DNA from: Methanomassiliicoccaceae archaeon
GTDB taxonomy: Archaea > Thermoplasmatota > Thermoplasmata > Methanomassiliicoccales > Methanomassiliicoccaceae
Assembly (NCBI GenBank): GCA_963728405.1
Contig: CAVSJV010000013.1
Span: forward strand, 96,001 to 160,000
Direction: 5' to 3'
DNA length: 64,000 bases
Part shown: positions 9,991-20,534 of the stretch, piece after piece
Layout: each line of letters starts with the position of its first letter
How positions within the stretch are numbered: the stretch's first letter is position 1
The notes under the pieces: generated by a model
Told to the model about the DNA's origin: nothing
Seen by the model: the letters and a program-made list of their open reading frames with translations, nothing else
Databases searched by the model: none
Position numbers and translations under genes: made by a program

Positions 9991-10536
9991 ATGGAGTCAA
10001 CGGGAGGTCACTGGTTGAAAAGGATCGAGGAGCAGGTCGCTCACATGCCCCGTGAGAAGGGGCTGGATGTTGCTGTGGAATCTGGCGTACTTACCATTGA
10101 TGAGGTTTGCGAGGGAATGCAGTATTCCCCCCAGATCGTGGTGGGGAACCTGCGGGCCCCATTCATGGCGGTCATCATGGAAGATCTCGACGTCCCCCAG
10201 GGAGCTTTTGTTCACTGGCTGCTGTGGAATGTTGAAAAGGCTGAGAGCATTCCCCGAAACCTTCCAAAGAAGGAAGAGATCGAAAGCCCTATAAGGGGAA
10301 GACAGGGTCGCAACTCGTTCGGGGACATCGGATATACCGCTCCCTGCCCCCCGCAAGGAGCTAAACATCGATACCGGTTCCGTGTGCTAGGCGTGGGGGA
10401 GGAACTGGACCTTCCGGGCGGCTCGACCGGCCGGGACCTGGAGCGAGCCATGGAAGGGAATATCATGCAATATGGTGAAGTGTTCCAGACTTACGAGCGA
10501 CCAGTCAGCGGCAATGTACTTGGCAAGGCTCCATGA
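9991..10536 (+). CDS. YbhB/YbcL (PEBP) family protein
   Basis: DLDVP.G.FVHW, GRNSFG..GY..PCPP...HRYRF. Confidence 0.88.
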   Translation: MESTGGHWLKRIEEQVAHMPREKGLDVAVESGVLTIDEVCEGMQYSPQIVVGNLRAPFMAVIMEDLDVPQGAFVHWLLWNVEKAESIPRNLPKKEEIESPIRGRQGRNSFGDIGYTAPCPPQGAKHRYRFRVLGVGEELDLPGGSTGRDLERAMEGNIMQYGEVFQTYERPVSGNVLGKAP

Positions 10537-10545
10537 GGCGATAGC

Positions 10546-11010
10546 ATGAGATCGGAGATGGAAGAGCTGAGCATCGCATTGAACTTCGAGACCTATCCTT
10601 CCAAGCATACCTGCGAAGGTGAGGGCGTTTCCCCGAGGGTGAGCATCAGAGGGCTTAACTCGCCCTATCTGGCCATCATCCTGGATGATCCAGACGCTCC
10701 CGGCGGCACCTTTACGCATTGGACCATATGGAACATCAATGCCTCGGAGGTCATACCGGAGAACATATCGACGAAGGGGCACCCAGACGAGCTTCCCGGG
10801 GCAGTACAAGGTGTGAACTCATCGGGCGAGCTGGGCTACACTGGCCCCTGCCCACCGAGGGGAAGCGTGCATCGCTATTACCTTAAGGTATACGGTCTAG
10901 ACGCTCCACTCGACCTTGAACCGGGAGCAAGCAAGAAGGTGCTGGAGGCCGCCCTGCGTGGGCACGTCCGACAACACGGAGAGACCATGGCGACTTTTGG
11001 CCGGCGATAA
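10546..11010 (+). CDS. YbhB/YbcL (PEBP) family protein, tandem paralog
   Basis: DPDAPGGTFTHW, GYTGPCPP..HRY. Confidence 0.9.
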   Translation: MRSEMEELSIALNFETYPSKHTCEGEGVSPRVSIRGLNSPYLAIILDDPDAPGGTFTHWTIWNINASEVIPENISTKGHPDELPGAVQGVNSSGELGYTGPCPPRGSVHRYYLKVYGLDAPLDLEPGASKKVLEAALRGHVRQHGETMATFGRR

Positions 11011-11049
11011 GGAAAGCTATCATATGGGGCCATGTCCTTTCTTTGAACG

Positions 11050-11586
11050 ATGTTACCGGCCGGCCCGCTGATGATCGAGCACCGTCTCATCGAGAGGATG
11101 GTCTTTGAGCTGAACAGGGAAAGAAAAAGGATCGAACAGGGCGGCTCGCCTGATGTCCAGTTCCTGGAGACCGCCATCGATTTCTTCCGCATCTACGCGG
11201 ACCGGTGCCACCATGGCAAGGAGGAGGACATCCTTTTCGTCAAACTGGCCTCCAAATCGATGACTCCGCCCATGAGGCAGGCGATGGAGCGCCTAAAGGA
11301 GGAACATGCCCTGTCCCGCAGTCTGATCGGGCAGCTTCAACAACAGAAGGAGCAGTTCCGTTCCGGGGACGCTACCGCCGCCCATGGGATCGTCAGGACC
11401 TTTTCCGAGCTTTCTCGCCTGTATCCTGACCACATTGCTCGGGAGGACAAGGAATTCTTCCCCACCGCGATGACCTATCTAGAACAGAACGAGCGCGAGG
11501 AGATGCTCCGAAATTTCGATGATTTCGATAAGAGATTGATCCACGAAAAATACAAGGCAGTGGTGGAAGGAGCGGAGAGACGATGA
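11050..11586 (+). CDS. Hemerythrin-domain (HHE) protein
   Basis: [28 protein letters not shown]. Confidence 0.9.
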   Translation: MLPAGPLMIEHRLIERMVFELNRERKRIEQGGSPDVQFLETAIDFFRIYADRCHHGKEEDILFVKLASKSMTPPMRQAMERLKEEHALSRSLIGQLQQQKEQFRSGDATAAHGIVRTFSELSRLYPDHIAREDKEFFPTAMTYLEQNEREEMLRNFDDFDKRLIHEKYKAVVEGAERR

Positions 11587-11741
11587 GAAAATGGCGTTGT
11601 ATGGTCTGCGGTTATGAGTATGATCCGGCGGTAGGGGACCCCCTGGGCAATATACCACCGGGGACGGCCTTCGAATTGCTTCCAGACGATTGGGTCTGCC
11701 CAATGTGCGGCGCTTTGAAGTCCGAGTTCGAGCCCATATAG
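11583..11741 (+). CDS. Rubredoxin (52 aa, not in ORF track)
   Basis: [17 protein letters not shown]...[23 protein letters not shown]; ATGA overlap with the hemerythrin stop. Confidence 0.95.
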   Translation: MRKWRCMVCGYEYDPAVGDPLGNIPPGTAFELLPDDWVCPMCGALKSEFEPI

Positions 11742-11801
11742 CTGGGAACGGCGGATTTTATCTGCCCCTGCCCATATACCCTCGAATAATGGAGAGTTAC
11801 C

Positions 11802-12617
11802 ATGGGTAAACTGAGTAATGGATGGTCCATGACCAAGATGAGCTTGAGGGTCATCGCCCGGAACAAGCGTCTACTGCTTTTCCCGGTGATCTCGGGTGTG
11901 TTCATATTGGCCATTCTTGCCTCGTTCGTTGGAGTAATGCTCCTTAACGGCACGCTGTTCAATCCGAGCATCAATGTCCTGTTCATCGCTTTCTGGGTGG
12001 CGTTCTATTTCGTGTCCTTTTTCATCTCCATATTCTTCAACGTAGCGCTGATCTCCTGCGCTATGAAGGAGCTGGACGGGGAGAGTACGACGATCTCCTA
12101 CGGCATAGCCCAAGCCCGTGCGCGCATCAGGCCGATCCTCGGCTGGGCGCTGCTTTCGGCCACCGTAGGCCTAATACTGAAATCGATCCAGGAGCGCTCT
12201 GGAATGATCGGCCGGATCATCGTGGGGCTTATCGGCGCAGCCTGGGCGATCACGACGTACTTCGTGGTCCCGGTCATCGCCTTCGAGGGTCTCGGGCCGT
12301 TCGCTTCTATCAAGCGCAGCCTCGGATTGCTCAAGGGCACTTGGGGAGAGGCGGCCATCTCCAACATCGGCATAGGTCTGATCTTTGGACTGGCAGCCCT
12401 GGCCGGGCTGATACCGGTCATCCTGGCCTTCGTACTGGGGGATGTCGGTATCGGCCTGATGGTCCTACTGGTGGTTATTGTCTATTGGGTGGTCCTGGGC
12501 GTTCTGGCATCCGCGGCGAGCGGTGTCCTCCGGGCATCCCTGTATCGCTTTGCAACCACGGGTAAGGTGGTCGAAGGGTTCCCCGAGCAGGTCTTGAGGA
12601 ACCCCGGTGCTCCTTAG
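11802..12617 (+). CDS. DUF6159-like membrane protein
   Basis: LLLFPVIS, FFNVAL, W...TYFVVPVI..E, IKRS..L.K.TWGE pattern. Confidence 0.7.
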   Translation: MGKLSNGWSMTKMSLRVIARNKRLLLFPVISGVFILAILASFVGVMLLNGTLFNPSINVLFIAFWVAFYFVSFFISIFFNVALISCAMKELDGESTTISYGIAQARARIRPILGWALLSATVGLILKSIQERSGMIGRIIVGLIGAAWAITTYFVVPVIAFEGLGPFASIKRSLGLLKGTWGEAAISNIGIGLIFGLAALAGLIPVILAFVLGDVGIGLMVLLVVIVYWVVLGVLASAASGVLRASLYRFATTGKVVEGFPEQVLRNPGAP

Positions 12618-12643
12618 GCTCGGGGAACCAAACTATTTCTTTT

Positions 12644-15178
12644 TTAATTTATACGGTAACTGCCTTTGGGCACTGTTATCTCGAAACGGGCCCCCTTTCT
12701 GGGCGAGGTCTCATCGATGCTCATGCCAGTCATCTTGAGGACCTCTTTGACCAGATATAGGCCGTGACCGAACCGGTCGTCGAACATCTCCCTCCGCTTG
12801 GCCGGAGGCACACCCTCGCCATCGTCCTGGCATATGATCTTCAGATCATCACCTTTCTTCTCAAGGAAGAATCTAACCTGAGTGGCCTTGCCATGACGGA
12901 CGGCGTTGTCGGTAAGGTTATGGAACACCTTCTCCACCATACGATCGGCCAGTATCTCGACCCCGTCCAGTTCGAGGTCGATTTTGACCTCATGGGCCTG
13001 GGTCTCGGCGATCCCCTTTTCGGCGACCTCCTGTACACGGAACCAATCTGGCCTCTGAGTGCCCATGCGTTCGTAGTCACGGGAGAAATCTAGGATCTTG
13101 CGCATGTTTTCGCCGGACAGCGCGGCCTTTTGCACATAGTCCTTGATGGCCTTTTGATCTTGCTTATACTGAGCTATGCCCAGATAGCCATTGAGCGCCG
13201 TAAGTTGGTTGAGGAGGTCATGCCTGGTGATCGAGCCGAGGAGGTATAATTTCTTTCTCGCAAGTTCAAGCTCCTCTTCCATCATCTTACGCCTGGTGAT
13301 GTCCAGGGTGAAGGTGATGACCCCCATCACTTTACCGTTTTCGTCGACGTACGGTAAAGAGTCCACCAGGCCCCAGCGCTTGTCATCGTTCCGGGCCAGG
13401 TAGGCTTTTTCTATAGAGATCTGAGGTTTTCCGGTCCGGAGGATCTCGAGGTCTTCGGCATGGGTCTCTTCCCAGCCTTCGGTCATCAACTTGCTCATGT
13501 GCATGCCGATCATACTTTCGGCCGGTATGCCCATGCGTTCGGCATAGGCCTTGTTGGCCCTGAGTATCTTGCCCTCCATGTCCCGTATCACGATCATGGC
13601 CGGCGTAGTATTGAACACCATCTCGTGGTCCCGGCGCTGGCGATTGAGAAAGTCCTCCATGGCCTTTTTATCGGTGATGTCGAAGTTCAGGTCGAGGATG
13701 AGCCTCTTGCCATCGATCTCCAGGACCGTCAGGTAAAGCTCCACATCCCTCAATTCACCTGACGCTAGGCGATGTTTGGCCCGCATGGGCTTCCGGAAGC
13801 TCCTGCTGCCATTGACCAGGTCGCTCACGGCGGCATGATCCCCTCGAGGGCTGATATTCGAAATGTTCATGCCGATCAATTGCTCGCGAGGATAGCCATA
13901 GAAGTCGATGGCGGCCTGATTAGCGTCGACGATGTTCCTGGTCTCGTTATCCACCAGGAACATGGTAGCGTAACTGCCGTGGAACAGGGCGCTGTAACGC
14001 GCCTCCCTCTCCCTGACCGCTCCCTCCAGTTCGTTCCTTTCGGTGATGTCGTAGCAGGAACCCAAGAACCCGATGTAGCTGTTGTAGGTGTCGAAGATGG
14101 GGTGACCATGATCAATGATGGTGCGGTATCCGCCGTCCTTGGACCTCAGGCGGTACTCGGCCCTGAAGGGCTGCCGGGACATCAGCGCCTTATGGAATAT
14201 CTCACTGGCCCTCTCCCTATCCTCAGGATGGATACCATGTTCCCATGGTAGTTTCTTCTCTTCGTCGACGGTCCGACCGGTCAGATCGAGCCAGGCCTTG
14301 TTGAAGTAGATGCATCGACCGTCCGGTTCGGCCACCCAGATCGGATTGGGCAGCTCATCGAACATCTTCATGTAGTAGTCTGCATCGCGCTTCAAGCGCT
14401 CCTCCATCTTCTTCTGAGCGGTGATGTCCGTAAGAATGGTGACAAAATGGCCCGGTTCCGGAACGTAGATGGCAACGGAATACCAGCAGTCCAAGGGTTT
14501 GGAGCGCTGCACGAACCGTACTTCCTTTCCAGTGGTAATGATCTCGTTGAACGCATTGAGCAGTTCGTGTTCGAACCCGTCGACGTCGTTGATCAGCTGC
14601 CGCACATCTCGGCCCAGCACCGATTCGGTTGGCTGGGCGAATATCTGTTCGAAGGCATCATTGACATCGATGATCATCGAGCTAACGGGCTTGCCTGCTT
14701 CGTCATAGATGATGCGGTGGTAGGCGAACCCGTCATGCATCCTCATCAACAGCGAATGATATGCCGCTTCGTTCCGGCGCTCCTTCTCCTCATCCACTCG
14801 CTTTTGCCTCTTCTGCAATATCGAACGGATGAGCGCCATATCTTGAGAGGCCTTTCCGGTCTTGGGGAGATAGTGGTCCGCGCCGTTCAGTATGGCGTCC
14901 AGCGCAACCTCCTCGTCCCCTTTTCCGGTGAAGATGAGGAAGGTGTTCAGGTAGCCTGCGGCCCGGGCGTTGCGTAGGAGGTCGATGCCGTCCATGCCCG
15001 GCATCATGTATTCACTGACCACCGCATCATACTGGGCAGTTCCCAGCTTGTCCAGGGCGGCTTGCCCGGACGGAACGGTGTCTACAGAGATGTCGCCCTC
15101 TGCAGCTAGCATGCTAGCGGCCAGTTCTCGCACCGCAAGATCATCATCGACGAGAAGGACCCGAATCGTTAAATCCAC
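12644..15178 (-). CDS. Hybrid receiver-PAS(x4)-histidine kinase
   Basis: VLLVDDD receiver, four PAS/PAC repeats, H-box RHDLLNQL, N-box NLTDNAVRHG, G1 DDGEG. Confidence 0.9.
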   Translation of the reverse strand: MDLTIRVLLVDDDLAVRELAASMLAAEGDISVDTVPSGQAALDKLGTAQYDAVVSEYMMPGMDGIDLLRNARAAGYLNTFLIFTGKGDEEVALDAILNGADHYLPKTGKASQDMALIRSILQKRQKRVDEEKERRNEAAYHSLLMRMHDGFAYHRIIYDEAGKPVSSMIIDVNDAFEQIFAQPTESVLGRDVRQLINDVDGFEHELLNAFNEIITTGKEVRFVQRSKPLDCWYSVAIYVPEPGHFVTILTDITAQKKMEERLKRDADYYMKMFDELPNPIWVAEPDGRCIYFNKAWLDLTGRTVDEEKKLPWEHGIHPEDRERASEIFHKALMSRQPFRAEYRLRSKDGGYRTIIDHGHPIFDTYNSYIGFLGSCYDITERNELEGAVREREARYSALFHGSYATMFLVDNETRNIVDANQAAIDFYGYPREQLIGMNISNISPRGDHAAVSDLVNGSRSFRKPMRAKHRLASGELRDVELYLTVLEIDGKRLILDLNFDITDKKAMEDFLNRQRRDHEMVFNTTPAMIVIRDMEGKILRANKAYAERMGIPAESMIGMHMSKLMTEGWEETHAEDLEILRTGKPQISIEKAYLARNDDKRWGLVDSLPYVDENGKVMGVITFTLDITRRKMMEEELELARKKLYLLGSITRHDLLNQLTALNGYLGIAQYKQDQKAIKDYVQKAALSGENMRKILDFSRDYERMGTQRPDWFRVQEVAEKGIAETQAHEVKIDLELDGVEILADRMVEKVFHNLTDNAVRHGKATQVRFFLEKKGDDLKIICQDDGEGVPPAKRREMFDDRFGHGLYLVKEVLKMTGMSIDETSPRKGARFEITVPKGSYRIN

Positions 15179-15230
15179 CTCTGGAACCGAGCAAGCATCG
15201 ACGCGCTGGATTATCTATTTTCGTATTATA

Positions 15231-16257
15231 TTATTGGCGGAATGCCAACAATAGACCGCTCAGCATGGTGAACAGGATTACGGCATATCCAACGACAGTG
15301 AAGAACCAGTGCCCGCCCCGCGCATCCTCACTCCCGCGCACTAGATAGAAGCCGGAGATGAGCCCCAGCAGTACCAGTATGGTGGCGGTAAGGGCCAACA
15401 GCCCGTGCGCCGTATAGAAGATATTGCTCCGGAGAGAGAACTGTCTCCAGGGCCCACCAGCTGAAGATGATCAACACCAGCACCGAGAAGACGTAACCGG
15501 CCGCTTGATGAAATTGCGGGGGAATGAGCAGTGGCTTCCCCATTCTTCTACGGCGACCATTGATACCTCCGGTGATCCCGGCGAATCCCCCGATCACCGC
15601 TGCCAGCGAAAGACCGAGAGCGTGCCACCACCAGTCGGACCGGAGGCTGAGATAGGCATTATCGGCCCAGCCCCGACTCTCCCAATAGCCTTTATAATCG
15701 TTGTCAACAACCTCGATATGAGTGACCCATTTAGCCCACTTGTATCCCCATTGTTCGGGAACCACTAGTTTAACCGGATAGCCCTGGTTGGCAGGCAAGG
15801 TCTCATTGTTCATGGAATATGCCAGCAGGACATCATCGAGGAGAGCGTCCTCCAACCTCAGGTCGGTGGAGTAGCCGTCGGGAGATCGAAAGATCACTTT
15901 CTGGGAACTGTTCTGCACTCCCGCCCGTTCTAAGATGTAGCTGAGAGGCACCCCCGTGTATACCGCTCTCCCGCTCGGACCGTCCACACAGCGCAAGGTG
16001 GCCGTTTCGGTCCGATTGGGCATGGCAAGGAGCTGTTCGTAGGTGATGGTATAGGGATGGTCGACCGTTCCATTCACCACTAGGGTCCAGTCGGATGCGT
16101 TGATCTGAATGGGATCGGAGAGGGAGACATAGAAGAAATCCTGGTTGGGCGTGATGTCCTGGGTACTTTTTTGCTGGGCGTAGATAAGAGCAGCGGAAAC
16201 GAGGATCAGGGCAATGATCAAGGTCAAGACCAGCCCTCTTCGCCAGCTCATGCTCAT
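15231..16257 (-). CDS. Sulfite-oxidase-family molybdopterin oxidoreductase fused to a 4-helix, 4-His membrane domain; frameshift near 15435
   Basis: LRCVDG, DGYST, GYPVKLVVP..WGYKWAKW, GYWESRGW; TM helices continue in a shifted frame to TAA at 15231. Confidence 0.85.
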
Positions 16258-16347
16258 TAATGGGTCAGGAAAGTAAATAATCTCTCTGCAGAGAACGGTG
16301 CAAGGATTTTAAGGGGTCCTCGGCATAACTAGGCTCGAGGTAGGTAC

Positions 16348-17266
16348 ATGGAACCATCCAGCATGCATGAGTTGGTCGAGAGCAGAAAATTCCTCTTCTT
16401 CGGAGGAAAGGGAGGGGTGGGCAAGACCACTATGGCTGCGGCCACCGCAACCTGGCTGGCCGATCAAGGTTACAGGACGTTGATCGTCGCGACCGACCCG
16501 ACCGTCTCCCTGTCGTCCATATATGAGCAGGAGATCAGCGAGACCGAGATCACCCATATTGGCAAGGAAAAGAACCTATGTGGGCTGAACATCAATCCCA
16601 AGAAGGCCATGGGTGTGTTCCAGAACCGCATGAACAGCATGATGGAAGGATTCTCTACGATGTTTGGTTCGGAGCTGCTGTCCACTCCCTGCACAGAGGA
16701 GATCGCCGCCTTCGACCAGTTCGTATCATTTATGGCAGACACAACCCATGACAAGGTGGTTTTCGACACTGCACCCACTGGGCATACCCTTCGCGAACTG
16801 AGCATGCCCTTCGACTGGTCCGGCTACATATCGAACCAGATCGAGAATAGGAAGGATCTGTCCGATCTGTTGGGCTTCGTCTATGATGAGGGCATGATCT
16901 CCGACCTGAAAAAGGAGAAGGAGCGCTATGATATGGCCATCAAGGCCCTTTCTGATCAGGTGACATCGTCCTTCAACCTAGTGCTCCTGCCAGAAAAGCT
17001 GCCGGTGGACGAGACCGAGCGAGCGGTCCACGACCTCGGGGGATTCGGGATTAACTGTGCCGGCGATAATCATCAACGAGGTCATTCCCCGCGAGGTCCT
17101 CAAAGGTAACTGGTTCCTGGAGAGGCGGCGCGCCACTCAGGACAAGTACCTTAAGGACATCGATGTGAAGTTCAAGGACATGATACGGAAGGAGGTGCCC
17201 CTATTCGAGACGGACATATATGGGCTGGAGAGCCTGCGACAGGTCGGGAAGGTGCTTTATGGCTAA
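16348..17266 (+). CDS. arsA: Single-domain ArsA/GET3-family ATPase; frameshift near 17057
   Basis: GKGGVGKTT, TDP, PCTEEIAAF, FDTAPTGHT; IIINEV continues in a shifted frame. Confidence 0.85.
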
Positions 17267-17594
17267 GCTGCACCTAACGATACTCTCCTTCGCCTGCTGC
17301 AACCCCAAGCTTGCCCCGTATGATCAGCAGTATGCGGAACGGATCAAGGAGGCAGGCGCCAAGGCCGAGGTGGAATATGAGATCGATCTTGTTCATGCCA
17401 CCGAGGCCAGGATGTCGCCGAAGTATTCCTACCTAGGCGAGATAATGCCCATGATCAACAAGTATGGCTCCTCCGTTACGCCAGCCTTGTTCATCAACAA
17501 GCATCTATCTCTGTATGGTGGAGTGCCCACGCTCGACAAGCTGGTCGAGACCTTCGAGAAGGCCAAGCTTGCGATCGAACAGGGTCGGCTCTAG
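17259..17594 (+). CDS. Thioredoxin-fold protein with N-terminal CC motif (ArsD-like)
   Basis: FACCNP near the N-terminus, TPALFIN...GGVP C-terminal motif; overlaps the arsA stop. Confidence 0.55.
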   Translation: MAKLHLTILSFACCNPKLAPYDQQYAERIKEAGAKAEVEYEIDLVHATEARMSPKYSYLGEIMPMINKYGSSVTPALFINKHLSLYGGVPTLDKLVETFEKAKLAIEQGRL

Positions 17595-17730
17595 GGCCCA
17601 CCATCTTAGGTCAAGAATCTACGGTCAGGTCAACAGCCTGCACGGGGGCCATCTACTAGGTTGGGCAGCATCAGGAAGCGCCGGTCATCCTCTTGGCGAT
17701 ATTGCGGGGAGTTCTCTAGGGCCAAGGCTA

Positions 17731-18003
17731 CTATGTGGGGAGCTTGGTGCCGATGTCCGCCTCTTCCGTGGTGAGTTCCTCGTAGCCGTGAACCGCAAGG
17801 AGAAGTATACCCAGCTCGCCGAACCATTTCCCTATGACGTCAACTTCGATCATACGCATTCTGGCAAGGGGCTCTGCACTTGTAAAGAGGCGCGGAAGCC
17901 CCCGGTCGACCATGGATGTGTAACAGGTCGTTCCGGAGAGCACGTTCATCAGGTCATGGCACTATTCATTGTCTATTTGGCTAAACCTGTCAGTATGTTC
18001 CAT
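17731..18003 (-). pseudogene. Possible degraded histidine-kinase fragment
   Basis: AGGAGG RBS, then MEHTDRFSQIDNE*CHDLMNVLSG (H-box-like) with internal stops. Confidence 0.3.
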
Positions 18004-18087
18004 CCTCCTGTCCTCGATAGGCGCTTCTATCCCGATGGTAAAATAGAATGTTCATGGCCTCTTTGAGGCCACTAAAAGGTTGCCCGT

Positions 18088-18312
18088 TCAGGAACTCCTT
18101 CTGGAACCCATCGCCCCGCCGAACATCGAGCCTAACGTAATGATCGCAGCTGCGAGCACGGCCCAGTTCACACTGATCGCTTCCGAGAATACAATGTCCG
18201 CTGCGGCTTTCACCACGAACAGAGTGATCACGAAATAGATGATACTCAGTATGATCAGTATAATGGTCCCGACGATCGCAGCTACAAGTCCTCCGCCCAT
18301 TCCTTTCATCAT
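18088..18312 (-). CDS. Small 2-TM membrane protein
   Basis: 74 aa, two hydrophobic helices, GGAGG RBS upstream. Confidence 0.7.
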   Translation of the reverse strand: MMKGMGGGLVAAIVGTIILIILSIIYFVITLFVVKAAADIVFSEAISVNWAVLAAAIITLGSMFGGAMGSRRSS

Positions 18313-18449
18313 TTTCTATACCTCCGTTTTACTGCTAAGGTACTTGTGGAAGCCCGGCCATCATAAGACTTTCGGGTCAAAAAAAATGACAAATGGGTGG
18401 GTAGAAAACGTAGCCAGGCTAACTGGCCACGTTCATTGCTCCACTCTGT

Positions 18450-19019
18450 TCATTGAATGAACGTTTTAACCTCGTCCACCAATTTTTGGGCCACTACTAG
18501 GTCCATGATGTTCATCGAGGGCTGGATACCGGGTACGATGTAGGATCGGACCTCCTTAACGCCGGCCAGGCTCAGCCAGGAGTAAGAGCGGTCGTTCATG
18601 AAGGAGTAGACCTTATCTCCCTGGGGGTTACCACAAGTGAAGATGGTCACGGCCTTCTTGCCTGCGGTGAGCTTGGTCTGATATCCGGGTCCGGTGGGGT
18701 TCTGGGCCAGGAACGCATACATCCGGTCGATGGCTCCCTTGAGCCAGGCCGTCTCCGCCCCCATGTATATCGGTGACCCGAGGACGATGACGTCGGCATC
18801 CTCGACCGCCTTATAGATCTTGTTCATGTCGTCCTTGATGGAACATAGCGGATGGGTCTTGCAGTACATGCAGGAAATGCAGGGTTTTATCTTCATGTCC
18901 ACGAGGTCGAAGTACTTGAGGTCGACCTCGGCGTGGTCCTCGGTCGCTTTCTTCAATAATGCTGCGGTATTCCCGTCCTTGCGGGGGCTTCCGTTGAGAA
19001 CAACAATCTTCATGATCAT
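18450..19019 (-). CDS. Iron-sulfur flavoprotein (Isf) / flavodoxin family
   Basis: GSPRKDGNT, CxxCxxCx5C, GSPIY, K..IDR. Confidence 0.9.
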   Translation of the reverse strand: MIMKIVVLNGSPRKDGNTAALLKKATEDHAEVDLKYFDLVDMKIKPCISCMYCKTHPLCSIKDDMNKIYKAVEDADVIVLGSPIYMGAETAWLKGAIDRMYAFLAQNPTGPGYQTKLTAGKKAVTIFTCGNPQGDKVYSFMNDRSYSWLSLAGVKEVRSYIVPGIQPSMNIMDLVVAQKLVDEVKTFIQ

Positions 19020-19289
19020 TACCTGCCGGATCCATGGGGTCGTTACACCAAGGTCCGGCCATTAAGCGGCAGACGAGGATAAAGCCTTTACTTGGCCATT
19101 CGCGGGAGGGAGCGACGTGCCCAGTTCCTGGTCGATCGGAAGGCTCTCGTTCCAGGGTGCTCCGGGACCGATAGGTTTGCGGAGGAGGGGGGCAAGGTCG
19201 AGGAAATGGTGTCTCGCGAATTAATAGCATGCGGACAGTTCAAGGAACTGGTGGACCCCAATGGTCCCCGAAAAATGGAGAGGAGGAAA

Positions 19290-19436
19290 ATGGGACAGAC
19301 CATGCAGGACCTGAAGAAGAAGGTCGAGAACGAAGGAAAGGACCAGAGCGAGAATGTGAAGGAGCAGGCCCAGGAGAAAGGCCCCGACATGGCCAAGGAG
19401 AAGAGCGAAGAGGTCCGTAAGAAGATGGGCATCTGA
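19290..19436 (+). CDS. Small highly charged helical protein (LEA/CsbD-like, 48 aa)
   Basis: GAGGAGG RBS; MGQTMQDLKKKVENEGKDQSENVKEQAQEK...; T-run terminator near 19465. Confidence 0.55.
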   Translation: MGQTMQDLKKKVENEGKDQSENVKEQAQEKGPDMAKEKSEEVRKKMGI

Positions 19437-20174
19437 ACGAATCGGTCAAAGAGCACGACCAATCTCTTCTTTTTTATTGAACCCTCCCCCACAGCACATC
19501 CCTTTGGTACGATTTCCTTGCCCCGGTCTGCGGTTTAGTTACTTGCTACCATGCCTGTATGTTGGGCCTCATCGAATTCATTGAAGGCCTGGCCGATGAC
19601 ATCGCGTTCTATCGGATCATCACATCGTTCCAGATGGGCCATGTGATGAAGATCATCGCTTTGCTCACCGCATTGACGACGACCCCGACATCGTCGGAGG
19701 CATGCTCAGAATGAACATCGTGGGAACACCGTGGTGGTCTACCTGGACAAGCCAGTCGCCGCCATTGCGGTGATCATGCTGTTCACGTCGTGGATCTATC
19801 TCCCGATCTGTAGGTTGAAAGACCGAATGCCATAAAGGCGCCCTAAGGCGATAAACCTCATCTTTAATTAGTACGTTCTAATATCATAGAAATAAATATA
19901 AACAAGTGAGTGCAATAAAAAGTCGAGGATGCGAGAGACTTCCTCCACGATACTTGTGGACAGACAACCACCGATCATGTCTCGCCCCCTCGGCCGGTCG
20001 GGGAGCTAACCTGGAGGTTCATCGACCTAGGTCACTACTTCAGACTCCCCCGGCCGGTATTAATCACCCTATAATGGTAAAGATCGGCCGCATTTGGTCC
20101 GTCTTCCCAGCAATCCTGAAACATATGGATGTGCGAAATAACTGAACGGCCCCATCGAAAGAGAATATATTTTT

Positions 20175-20534
20175 AGACATGCAAAGGTTGCCCGCTCTTT
20201 CGCACCATCTCTTGGCTATCTACGATTATTGGCTCCGATCAAGGGCATCCGATTGGAGTCATCATGTGATGGCCTGGACTACTCCACCTCAACAGGGCGA
20301 TTGATGGGAAACATCCTGGCGTCCGTGGTGGAGTTCGAGGGTCAGATCATGGTTGAGCGAACGAAAGAAGAGCGGGCATAGTCAGCAAAGGATGGACACT
20401 TTCCAGGAAGACCAAATGTGGAAGTTGATCTTGAGAAGTTCTTGGAACTTCTGAAGCAGCCGGGCATGACCAGGGCCAAGGCTTGTAAGTTACGTCGTCC
20501 AAAAAGTCCTATACAGACCGATCGAAAAGAGTGA
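20175..20534 (+). pseudogene. Serine recombinase (resolvase) remnant
   Basis: GLDYSTSTGRLMGNILASVVEFE..IMVERT...G.FPGRP; N-terminal catalytic part lost; in-frame TAG. Confidence 0.75.

Noticed and set aside
20379-20381. In-frame TAG in the resolvase as a pyrrolysine codon
   Set aside because: The gene lacks its catalytic N-terminus and is otherwise degraded, so a nonsense mutation is simpler.
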